Shown here: positions 40,966 to 51,873 of the stretch, piece by piece
How positions within the stretch are numbered: the stretch's first letter is position 1
Layout: each line of letters begins with the position of its first letter
Source: Callorhinchus milii
Lineage: Eukaryota
Direction of reading: 5' to 3'
Assembly (NCBI RefSeq): GCF_018977255.1
Contig: NW_024705311.1
Location: 1 to 55,103 of the forward strand
Length of the DNA: 55,103 bases
Position numbers and translations under genes: made by a program
Notes under the pieces: generated by a model
What the model saw: the letters and a program-made list of their open reading frames with translations, nothing else
What the model was told of the DNA's origin: nothing
Databases searched by the model: none

Positions 40966-42857
40966 TCACTGACTGTTATGGCGATCCCCAGTTCCTTTTT
41001 GCGAATTAAGGTCCATCACGTGCGACTGCAGACCCAGTGCACAATGGGTGTATAATTATGTCAAAGGTAAAATGAAGGCGCCTTACTGCCCGGAGGTTTC
41101 ATGTTCGGTAATTGAGGACAGTATTTACATTTTAGGCCACATTGCAAATGAATAACAATACATTGATAATGGGTTATTTAATATACTATGTCCATTTGTC
41201 ACTTTCATTCAAGCCTTTAACATTCATGTAAAAATTTCTCTTGTCCATTGCATTAGATATGAGTTAATTTGAGAACCGTTATTAATCAGTTATTATTGAA
41301 ATATTACTTGCAAGGCCGTATTGGAATACGTTTAACTGTTGAAATGAGCTCCAGGAAGAATTTGCATTCGGTAAGACCGAGGGGAAATTTTAAAATGCTT
41401 AATTATATACAATAGCATAGTTGACACGTTATTATTGCAAATAATATTCCACGTTTACATTTTTCACATGACCGCTGGCAAGTGCACCCCAACCAAAAAC
41501 ACCAATAATAATAATGACATAAAAATTACGCTCATCACCAGGTCCAAATTGCTTAGCGTTACTAATGCTCCCTCTCTCGGTCTGGCAGCACTATGAGCTT
41601 GGTGCCCTTCCTTCCACGGCGTACATGTGTTTATGCGTTAACCCTCCTCGCCCCTCAAGCACCATCAAGGAAGCCAGCAGCACGAGTCGAGGCCGCGCTA
41701 GCGCCCATGCAAGTCTGCCCACCTGAAACGGCGTTAACCCGTCGTTGCGCGTGACACGGCCAAAGGCCCCCCCCCCCCCCATCAGCTGCCCCTGGCAGGA
41801 GTTGCGCCTGCCCTCGTCTCGCGATTAACGGCCACGGGGGCCGTATCAGAGGCTGAGCCGTAAGGCCCCGGCTAGCCGAGCTGCGAAAAAATTAATATCT
41901 CTCTCCTGCAGCCCGGCTCACAATGCAGATGAGCTTATCACGCTGTTCAGTCAAATCCGCCCGTTAGAAATGTCAGAGCCAAATGGTGGGATATTAGCTT
42001 TCAGATAATGCTCCATTGGATTTCTCAAGGTTTTTAATCGTTCGTACCTTCCCAAAAGAATATAAAAGATTTATACATAAGCTAAAGGATCTCATAATAA
42101 AGATGAAAGTCAGAAGCAATATAGACCTCTGGTACTGTCAGCTCTCCAGGGAAATGGGAAGGTTTGGCACATGAGCAGCCACAGGGGATGGAGATGTTTA
42201 TTTATAATCTTACTGCACCGATAAGCTGGAAAATACATAAAACTCCCCATGCTCTTTACCAGTAAATAAATGTTTCAGTCAGGTTTTTCTTGACTTTTCC
42301 TCCGTTTTTAACAAGCCAGTGGGGTTTTAATAGAGGGCACATCATATTGTGTGTTTTTAATGGCAGTGGGGGATCATTAAATTTGTTTGCAAGATGTGAT
42401 ACAATCTCTCGTATTAATCCCTGAATGTCACTGGAATTAGTGCCTTTAGGTTTAAATGTCTTTTTTATTTCCTTGGAATTGTGTTAATTGTATTTGAAGG
42501 CTGCTATTTAGTAATCTGTGGACAGTGATCCGTAGGGCTAGAACCCTGAAGTCAATCATTACGAAGAGCTGTGGTCAAAAGTTTGGAGAAGTTGATATTA
42601 ATGTACAATCTCACGAATATTACTTTGTTTTTAATAAAATCACCAGTTTAAAATTGCCATGTTGCATTATTTATTTGAAACCTGGGCAATATTAGATTGG
42701 TAACATTTTTAGTGTCCAATTTTAACAAATGTTTTTCCTCTCTCTTAATTACCAGGTAAGGTCTATGTAGCTCTTTTTCAGAAGTGACCTGGCCACAAAT
42801 GATGGCTCAACGAGGTGGCTTGTCACGTGGTTATTTATTGCAGCCAAATACTCGAAA

Positions 42858-43029
42858 CGCATGTTCATTCTAAACGTGGAGGGAAAAACCAGAGGACCCG
42901 GAGAAAAATCCACGCGACCACGGGAATAACATGCAAAACTCCAAATATACAGCAGGCGTCAGGGTCAGGATCGAAACCACGCCTCCTGTATACCAAGCGA
43001 GGTAGTTAACATCTTGCCACTGTGGTGGC
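42858..43029 (-). mobile_element. V-SINE (tRNA head plus V domain), degenerate
   Basis: Plus strand GGAGGGAAAAACCAGAGGACCCGGAGAAAAATCCACGCGACCACGGGAATAACATGCAAAACTCCA resembles the reverse complement of the V-SINE central domain. A B-box-like GGTTTCGATCC is on the minus strand at ~42968-42978. Confidence 0.75.
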
Positions 43030-43600
43030 ACAAGCAGCACACAGAGCACACGACATTGCTTGAGCTGTTCGTACAAATTTGTGTACCTACTTTATTTTGT
43101 CCATTCCATTTCTGATACATCATGACAGTCTACGGTTGTCTACTATTCTATGAGAGTTCAAAAGCATCTGCAAAATTAGTAACATAACCGGAAGTGAAGG
43201 ATCCCTGGTGAAGCCCGGGGTGACGTTAATGCTGTTTCCACAACCCCTCCTGAGAAGGGTGAGGGGGAAATGGGAGGAAGCAGCTGAATCGGTGAGCTTT
43301 CCAAGTGGTGTTGCCAAGTTTTAATCTACATCCCTAACTTTTTATTTTGTCAGGAGCCCACGACTTAACTTCTGGAGAATTATTTTCACGAGCAAATGGC
43401 TCATTTAAGACATCGCGGTTTTCAACATAACTGCAATTTTAGAAGGGAAGTTCCATTTCGAGAGTGTAGCTCTTTTGGGGGGTGGGATTACTTGATTAAT
43501 ATATATCGCCATTGTACTGGTGTGTGTTACAGAATAATTCGTTGCACTGTGACCAGGAAGCCCATGCCGGCAGCACAGCGACTGAGTGTGCCAGGGAACA

Positions 43601-43638
43601 GCTGCGCGATCCATCGCTGCGCTATCCATCGCTGCGCT
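43601..43638 (+). repeat. Short tandem repeat, 15-bp unit x2.5
   Basis: GCTGCGCGATCCATC GCTGCGCTATCCATC GCTGCGCT. Confidence 0.9.
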
Positions 43639-46600
43639 TACCCCATTAGTCATTTCAGTGAACTCTTCAGGCCTGGCCCTTGGTGGGTACGTTCTACCAG
43701 TGAGTGAAATTATCCTTCTTTGTTCCACCTGAGACACTGCACTCGTTAATCCTAGCAGAGGTGAGTCAGGCAGAACAAGGTACAACAACAGCTAATTGGG
43801 GACGTGGTTTGTTTTGCGAGTAATTATGGAGTGGCCGGGTGAGGGGGCCCACACATTCCCAAACACACGACAACTATTATCATCACCAAGGTCTCTTTAC
43901 GGGAAGGAGATGGGGGGGGTGGCCTCAGAGGCGCAGGCTCAGTAACTTGACACGCTCACCAGAAGTCTGAGCCACCCCAAGTGACCGCCCCGACAAGAAT
44001 CCCCAACCACTTTCGTGCAATTTTCTTTATTCGGTTTCTGGGAAGCAGAGGGGAGCAAATGTCCTACCAATGGTTCACAGTAGAACTGTAGCAACAATGA
44101 TGAAAAATATTTACAAATTTCACGTGGAACTGCAAAGCACTGGTGACTACAGCGATACTGATTTGAACGTGTAAATAAGTCTAAGCCTACCACTGAAAAA
44201 TCACGTTTGTCTTCAGTCCTAACACCTATAAAAAGAATATTACCGAGAAAAGAACATGCTTTACTATTACTGCAAGCAAATTGTATGTTCAATCACATCG
44301 GAATATATATGTAAAGGAAATGTTGTGTACGGTACTTCAGAGGAAAGGTGAGATTACGCAAGAGTAGGGGAGGGAGAATGTTCATGTCGCATATTGGTCT
44401 AGCTCTGGCTTCATCATCAGTACATGAACATTCATGTCACTCGAGTGATCATTAACATATTAAAGTAAATAAGTGTAGCAAACACACCACTACCACATCC
44501 GAGCTGCCACGTGAAGGTAAATTATGCATTGCAATTACTCCAGGATCAATAGGTGATGATATACGCGACATGGTGAATGCACATAAATTCAGTGCGCAAG
44601 GTCCCTCCCAATGGACCTCTGGTTTCCTGCCAAGGCAGCCCTCCCATCTCAGCCACGGGCAGCTTTCATTGGTTGCCTTGCACATCACATTTGGCACAAC
44701 ACAACCACGGCCACACGTACGCCCCCTCCCCTCCTAAAGAGAGCGCTTCCATGAAACAAAACGTGATAGATTTCTACGTCTCCATTGAAAACGAAGACAA
44801 GCGCTGCTAATGATCACTCATTTAACAGTGTGATAGAGTTGGGATGTGTGTGTGTGTTGGCAGCATGTCACTTGGACTCCCTCGTGTATTTTGTTTATTC
44901 TATTCGACAGTGCTGGAAATACGTAGCTGGGGATTCGAGCAATCAAAGGAGCTAACTTCAGGGAGGTGAAGGACAGAAGAATCAAACTGTGTAAATGTAG
45001 GCCTTGAGAAAGAAACGGTCAAGAAAAAAACATTGGCCACTCCAAAAAACACATTACTGCACCGCAACATATACTTCCCACGCGATAATTGTGTTTTTAT
45101 ACCAGCGGGAAGAATGAAGGACAAATAAAATAAAAAAGTAACGTCAAAAAACATGTGAACCGAAAGACATTATAAAAGCACAACAAACACAGCACTGGTC
45201 TACGGGTTAAGAGGCAGCGGCAGCAGCAGCAGGCAAATCCACAGCTTGCGCCTCTCCTTTGATGAACGCTCGGCGAATGTGGCTGGATATGCCTGCCTGC
45301 AGCAGATCCATCGCTCGACGACTCGACAGGTGTGCGGAGCGGGCTGTCCCATGATATTGGTTGTGGCATAAAGGGAAAGCGTGTGGATGGGGCGGGGTGT
45401 AGGAATGGGATGGGGAGGGCGGTCGCCTTTGGAAAGATGATACCGTGCTGCTCCAAAGGGTGAGCATGGGACGGCTCGTTTTGTTTGTCGAATCAGCAGT
45501 GTCTTCTTTGATACTGTAGCCTGTCACCCTCTGGTGCCCTGGCTTAAAAGCCCATGATAAGCAGTAACACGGCTATTCAAATTATTACACGTACATAGTG
45601 TGTAGGCATTCAGTCGAGACTCGCTCCGATAATGGTAGTGTTTCATTTCATCAGGTTTTTTTTTTACCCTAGGCTCCTTGCATTTGCACATGAATGACTG
45701 CTTCAGAAATGTAGACCTATCAAGGTGAACCTGGTTATATGAGTCTGGTAAATATATAAACGTGCTTACCTACGAACACCCACGCAGACACGCGTGTGCA
45801 TGCAATGGAGACCCAATTAAGGGCACATTGTATACACATTCCCATTGATCGTAAACAATGGATCGATGAAGCATACGGGAAGGCCTCTGGCACCCGTGAG
45901 GGTTTCGTTCTTCAAAAGTCAAGTAGAATTCGCGAACGTTGATAGCTGTGTTTGTGTGGTTGATGAAGGGGGGTTAGGTTACCGAGTCCGCTGAGCGAAC
46001 ATAAACGGGGAAAAATGAAAATGTTTAATCACATTAATCCTGCACGTAAATCACATCCATATGCTTAATAAAATGGTACAATAATGCCATTGGAGAAAAA
46101 ACTCAAATAAAACAAACAGAACAAAGAAAATTAATACAAATTAATACATTAACATGTCCATTGTAAAGGTTTATTTACCTTAGATGGTGATAAGTGTGTG
46201 GTGGGGATGATGATGATGGTCAGCAGATGCACCATCAGCAAGTCTATCCAACAACCCTACCTGTTGAGCTAAACTCATCAATGTTTATGCCTTTTACTCT
46301 GGCTCTCACTTCCTCCACTCGCTTGACGCTTTGACCCCATGGTTGAAATAAAAAAAACCCACCACAAAACACGGCAAAAAGTTCACAGAAGCAAACGGAC
46401 ACTTGGAAGAGTAAATGCGTCAGCACGTGTGTGGCCTACTGGACATCTGTGGAAAAGAGCTTCATAGCTCATCATATTCCTCCAGTACAGTACCTCCTTC
46501 CCCATGATGCGATGTTGCCAGATGGCGAATAGTCGAAGAAAAAAGGCGCGAAAGATGAACTTGTATGCAAAATAAACTTGGCGAAAGAAACATCCGCGAA

Positions 46601-46684
46601 TGACGAGGGGGTTCATTGTAAACAGGATTGTACACGCATCACACCATGGCCAACGTGCAGACACAAGTAAAAACTGGTACGCTA

Positions 46685-46999
46685 TCTTCTTGGTTCTTTC
46701 GGTAAAGTCACGTAGAAGGGAAATAATAAGAATAAAACATAATAAAATAATTCTCACGACGTTTCGGCCACAACGCAATTAGCCGTCCTTAGGTGAAGAA
46801 CAGGTCTGTCGGGAAGACAGCGTCTGAATGAAACACCTCAGGCTTGGAGTGTATATTTAAGCTGGGTTGGAGGGGGCAAGAGCGCCTTGACAAAATAATT
46901 TGTATATCAAGAGGAATTTTGCATATTTATGGGAAATGCAGATATGGGATTAGCACTACTTGTGAAATGTGTAGGAGGTGGGCGGGGGTTTCAAAGTTA
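46685..46999 (-). mobile_element. Penelope-like insertion, family A copy 2 (single tail-less pLTR, longest copy)
   Basis: 46684-46836 is the reverse complement of 50926-51070 with few differences. A perfect 10-bp direct repeat TGGTACGCTA at 46675-46684 and 47000-47009 defines the ends. Confidence 0.8.
46751..46800 (-). ncRNA. Hammerhead ribozyme, family A, core-mutated (CUAAGGA), probably inactive
   Basis: Minus strand reads TTCTTCAC-CTAAGGA-C-GGCTAA-TTGCGTT-GTGGCC-GAAA-CG-TC-GTGAGAA. The invariant G5 is changed to A. Confidence 0.7.
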
Positions 47000-48295
47000 T
47001 GGTACGCTAGTTAAATAAAAACCACCAACAGTGTTGTAAACAATGAAATTGACACCAAAATAAAATGCGGTGCTGTAATTTGCTAGATTAGGCCACCGTC
47101 CACTAGTTCAATGCCCTGAATCATAACATTTAAAACTCTAAAACGATTACAAAAGAAAGACATAATTATAGCTACATTCCCATTCCTGTTTGCTTGCGGT
47201 GTTACGAATCCCCTTGCATAGCCATGACATGTCCCACAATTGCCCGTTCTGCCCCAAGACAATGAATGGCCAATTGATTAAAAGGTGGCAATCAGAGAGG
47301 TCTAAACTAAGACAACTCCTGCCAGAGAAACAGTGAAATCTTGTTCTCCTCTCGGTATTTCTTTTTTATTTCTCCTGTTATTTATTGTGTACAATCACTG
47401 GAGCTGCAACACACACACAGTTGCACAAACTAATCAAAATGTTCACATTTATGAACATTGAATTGAAGTTTTACCTTTTTTAGAGTAGAAAATAGGATTA
47501 TGAGAGGCCGTACATCATGGAATTATGTTTCTAAGTAACTGTACCGATTACGTAATACGAAACAAATAAATAAACAGCAACGATGCAAGCACACCTCTCA
47601 CAAAGAGCGCAAGAAATACGAATAAAAAAAACATAACTTGATAAAAACGTGAAAAAATACGAAGCTGCTGTTTTGAAAGAGAACCACTGCCTGTATAGCA
47701 AAGGTCGTTTGAAGAAACGGAATTGGCAATGCAGTACAAATGAAAAACAAATCATGCGACCCATTTCAGGCACTGCTGCCATTTCATTAACTGTGTGGTC
47801 CTACACCTGTGCATCTGGCTGACACTTAAAACACACACAGAGTCAAGGCTTGTCAGGCACGTCTGTCCATAACCTCCCCCCCCCCTGCTGATATTTCCCT
47901 TTGTTCTGGCCCAAGGCAATCATTTAAGCAGCATTTTAGCAAACCATAAATTATATATGGGTTACTTAAAATCACGAGGAAACATCCACCAAGAGTCGTT
48001 AGAAGTCTCAACACAAAGACGAGTCTAGTCAAGGCGATAAAAAGTAAAGCTTCCCGAGTGCCCTGTAAGGGTGCCCGCTGCGTTGCTTTAAAGAGGACGC
48101 GCTACCGGATGAAGCCTATCATTGCAAGCATTGGTGCTCAAAGGAGCCAGGGTAACAACAATGATGGAAGGCAAAATTGCCTTTGTGTACGAGCGATAAC
48201 TACAGACAAGTTGTAAAGACATAAAGCAAATGGAACACTGCAGTACAGTTATTGTGCTGGAGTGGATCTCGTCAAAAAGCATTACCACCAGGCAA

Positions 48296-48562
48296 ACTCC
48301 GATCATCCTCGCAGTGGCTTTGGGCTAACCATCGAACAAAGACGGTCACTGCATCGCGCGCTTTCACATGTGCTTCTGCAGCCTGTCTGGCACGCTCTTG
48401 CTTCTGATATTAGGAAGCCACTGGATCTTTGCACTTTTAAATCGAAATGGAAAACTCATTTCTTGAGAACTGCTTTTTGCGTTCAGTTTGCTGTCCTTCC
48501 CCCACACCTCCGATGAGCACAGTTGGCTACGTACGGTGCGAAAAAAGTTCAACATACATACA
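48296..48562 (+). mobile_element. L2-clade LINE 3' remnant (ORF2 C-terminus and probable tail)
   Basis: Translation RALSH...VWHALASDIRKPLDLCTFKSKWKTHFLRTAF resembles the L2 ORF2 end motif RAFSxxAPxLWNxLPxxIRxxxxLxxFKxxLKTHLFxxAF. It is preceded by LRSS in another frame and ends near short CATA repeats. Confidence 0.7.
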
Positions 48563-49644
48563 TCGGTATTTTGGGATTAATAGATTTTAAGAAGGATGGC
48601 TCTAAGCAGTGCCCCTCTCTCCCTTTGCTCCCGTAATGAACACAGGTTGGGTGACGTTGCCACGTGGTAGATGTGTATCCAGGGAATGTGCTGTCCTTCC
48701 ACATTTACGTTAAGATGGTAATATTGTTTCATTTTGGATGACAAATCCTTTTAATCTCTACAAAGGAATAGAACAATGTGTGCTCTGTCATGGCTAAAAT
48801 AACTACCTGCTCTGCGTCATTCAAAGCCATCACCATGCCCCCCCCCCCTTCCACGCAGAGCTTTGATCCATACATTACGCCATCTTTATGTCGAGGCCCC
48901 GGGGTTGTTAGCATTTCAAAACTACTATACTTGCAATTACTGTGAAATATTCTGCAGATGAAATAAAATGGAAAACAAATGTTGAATACATTAAGACAAA
49001 GATAGAAAATCACCACAATAGTACAGCAAAGAGGAACATGCAAACAAAAATGAATGAATCTGCCGGTAGGTCCAAGCTACGGAGCCACTCGCCTCCCTTG
49101 CACGTTTGCTCAAGCATCAACGCGTGCTCTTTTTCAAGGTCAGTTTGTTTTAATAGAATCTCTTGATCCCAGTTAGCATGACACTGCTCCCAATTGGGAC
49201 TTTAATGCGGCAAGAAAACTGTGTAATTAATGGAATATTGCCATATGGCAGTGGCTAATTAATGAAGCCTTAAAAGGCCAATGTCTTAATTATCAAAGGC
49301 ATCAAAAAAGATTTATGCATCCCAGAGCAACGGGAGGGACGATGCCACTGCGTTGCTCAACTGACCCGCAATCTATCGGGTGGCAGGCAGACCTACCAGC
49401 ACCACTCCTGCCCATCATGGGAAAGGAAATCTTTTCATCTTGCCTACTATCAAAGGCAGCAATCTGCATCACTGGTAGGTGGGAGAAAAAAAAACTGTCA
49501 TGCCCCCTTGGCTCCTTGGGCATGTTTAAACAACCTGTGTGGAGGTAAAACATACCTCTATAACAACGTCGTAGGCTTTCTCGACCAATATCATCCGGAG
49601 GGGTTTTTGGGTTAGAAAGCGTAAATATAAATGTGTCATTAAAA

Positions 49645-49791
49645 CCGACACCACCCGACACAGCCAATTAGCAAGGTTTGTCATGTAAACAAAAGGCACC
49701 AATTGGTTACTATTCCAGTGCACGAGTGTGTTGGAGAGGAAACCCACAACATTCACAAGCCTTACTCGGTGGCTGTGTCGGGTGGTGGCGG
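49645..49791. repeat. 22-bp inverted repeat with a 103-bp spacer (possible small MITE remnant)
   Basis: CCGACACCACCCGACACAGCCA (49645-49666) vs TGGCTGTGTCGGGTGGTGGCGG (49770-49791); 21/22 complementary with an 18-bp perfect core. Confidence 0.8.
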
Positions 49792-50639
49792 GTTGATCCG
49801 CTGCTTGCCTAATGGCTGGTTAGTTAGAGCAAGAGTAAAGTCACAGGGATGCATGGGGTTGTTCACCGAAGCCATTGGTGCCTTCATAAATGTACAAATA
49901 TATATAGATTTAGATACGGTTGGAATATACCAACCACTGGCATGTCGTCTGTGGCAATGGTACCCGTGGCTGGCATGTGTCCAGTCATTACATGGATGGG
50001 CAACCTGGTGGTTGCAGAGCATTTGCCACTGTGTACAGGATCATTGATTCAATTCCTGCCAGTAGACACTGATTCTGAAGGACATTTGCCCCAAGGGGGC
50101 TCTTTGAAACAAAGAGGACGGTAAAACCTCGTGACATTATTTGCAAATGTAGACAGGTGAGTGTGTGTGTGTGCGCGTACCGTCGGCAAACCACCTATTT
50201 GATACTCGCATATTGAAATGTATCTCCTCGTTAAGAACTTTCTAAAGAAACTCCCGTTGTCAAGGTTAACGTTGAAAAACAAGTGTCTCAATGAGCTTAA
50301 CTTGGATAAACAGCACTAATGCAATTTTCTTGGTATAACCGAAGACTTTGTAACTTAATGTAGGCAGGTAGCTGTGGAATATATTTTTTGCAACCTGCAA
50401 TAAAAGGGTCTACACCTCTTTGTACAAAATATTTCCATTCTCACAGTGTTTTAACCGCCTTTCTTACATGGTTTTATTTCTGGGATTCTTCGCGAGATTG
50501 GGCCTGCGACCGACTGAAATGTCAATGCATGCCAGGGATGTTGGCAAGCAGAAAATCAACCTTCTGCTGTGCGCGTTCATGATATACAACTTGTTTCACT
50601 CTCATACATGCATCACCAATAACTTCATCATTTGCTGAG

Positions 50640-50800
50640 GTTCTACCTCAGGGATCAGGCTTTCTCCGAGCATATTTTATGAACACATCGGTAAATAACT
50701 CGCCCGTTCTTATTTTCTCTCCTAGTACGTCATCACTGTAATGGAATTATTGGTTATGATTTCGGCCAAATTTTTAGAATTCACAGACGACGCTAAATTA
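50640..50800 (+). pseudogene. Decayed non-LTR (CR1/L2-like) reverse transcriptase fragment
   Basis: PQGS (50646-50657), a frameshifted PVL-FSL-YV segment (~50703-50731) and ISAKFLEFTDDAKL (50759-50800) occur in the order of the RT motif GVPQGSxLGPxLFxxYxND...KFADDTKL. Confidence 0.55.
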
Positions 50801-50853
50801 CAACTAGAATCCCAGAGAAGCAACAAGGTTACGCTTTTAACTAAATATGGTAG

Positions 50854-51070
50854 ATTTCGATTTAAAGCTTTCGTGACTGCAGGGATTCATCTTCTTGGTT
50901 CTTTCGGTAAAGTCACGTAGAAGGGTGCTCATTCAGACGCTGTCTTTCCGACAGACCTGTTCTTCACCTGAGGACGGCTGCTTGCATTGTGGCCGAAACG
51001 TCGTGAGAATTATTTTATTATGTTTTATTATTTCCCTTCTATGTGACTTTACCGAAAGAACCAAGAAGAT
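50854..51070 (+). mobile_element. Penelope-like mini-insertion, family A copy 3 (inverted tail arm plus intact HHR arm)
   Basis: The 34-nt tail is in reverse orientation at 50855-50888. A 37-bp inverted repeat pairs 50889-50925 with 51034-51070 (1 mismatch). A perfect 12-bp direct repeat TAAATATGGTAG lies at 50842-50853 and 51070-51081. Confidence 0.85.
50960..51009 (+). ncRNA. Minimal type I hammerhead ribozyme, family A, intact core
   Basis: TTCTTCAC-CTGAGGA-C-GGCTGC-TTGCATT-GTGGCC-GAAA-CG-TC^GTGAGAA. CUGANGA is at 50968-50974, the 6-bp stem II pairs 50976-50981 with 50989-50994, and GAAA is at 50995-50998. Stem III is the ACGU palindrome, cleavage is predicted after 51002, and stem I is UUC(U)UCAC/GUGAGAA. 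Confidence 0.85.
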
Positions 51071-51873
51071 AAATATGGTAGCTCGCGGCAAAAAGCATTC
51101 CTGGTTATAAACATTGGAATCAATTGGTCTCGATTATGGATCACCTCATTGATGTAACGTTTGCAAAGTTTCAAACAGCCAGTGTGCTATTAGTCTCCCA
51201 CACAGCCCCCTCTTCTGGCGTGCTTTCAAAGAGAAAGTTCAACAAGCTTAACGGCAATGATCACCCCGCGTTTTCCATAAGAAATACACAACCTTACCGT
51301 TGTTGAAATACACGTGGAAAATATTGCACGACAGAAAATTGAGTCATTTAAAAAAAAACACGCGAAAAGGGACAAAATCGAATCTTATGGCTTCAAAGGG
51401 GAGTGTGTTCTTATGAATACTTCAACCTTCGTGAATTTCGTTTTTTGCCCAGCCAGAGACACCACCCCCCCCCCCCAGTGGGATCCTATTCTGACGCCTG
51501 ATAGAGGAGGTAATGAATTGCTAATGCAAGAAGTTGTTATCAAGTGGAGTTTCCACGCTTTACTTTGGCAGTGGTGAGTCTTCAAAAAACAAAAGCCCTC
51601 GCTCACGAGAGGAATTGCATGCGGTGTATAAACTCGCGCAAGACTGCAACACGCACCAGCCACATCTATTGGCCTCTTTATAATCTGTCCAAGTGTTACA
51701 CACAGAACCAAAAGCAGGGGCAATAAACGCATATCGACCTTTGATTTCTACAACTGCCCCTAGACAGCTTGTTTGAAAATATTAGATTTTGCTCCCTCAA
51801 ATGCACAGCCTAGAGGTTGAAAAAACTGTCACTTTGTCCACGTATCAGCATTAACCTCTTCACTCTTTGCACG

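Noticed and set aside
49850..49920. Faint resemblance to a CR1 ORF2 3' end (EAIGAF...LD)
   Set aside because: Too short and degenerate to support.
39706..51081. Apparent shared target motif TAAA-n(2-3)-TGGT near all three family A insertions
   Set aside because: Position and orientation relative to the element ends are inconsistent, and three sites are too few.
51385..51732. Minus-strand ORF with a signal-peptide-like start (MRLLPLLLVLCVTLG)
   Set aside because: The remainder has no recognisable fold and crosses a poly-G run; there is no supporting exon structure.
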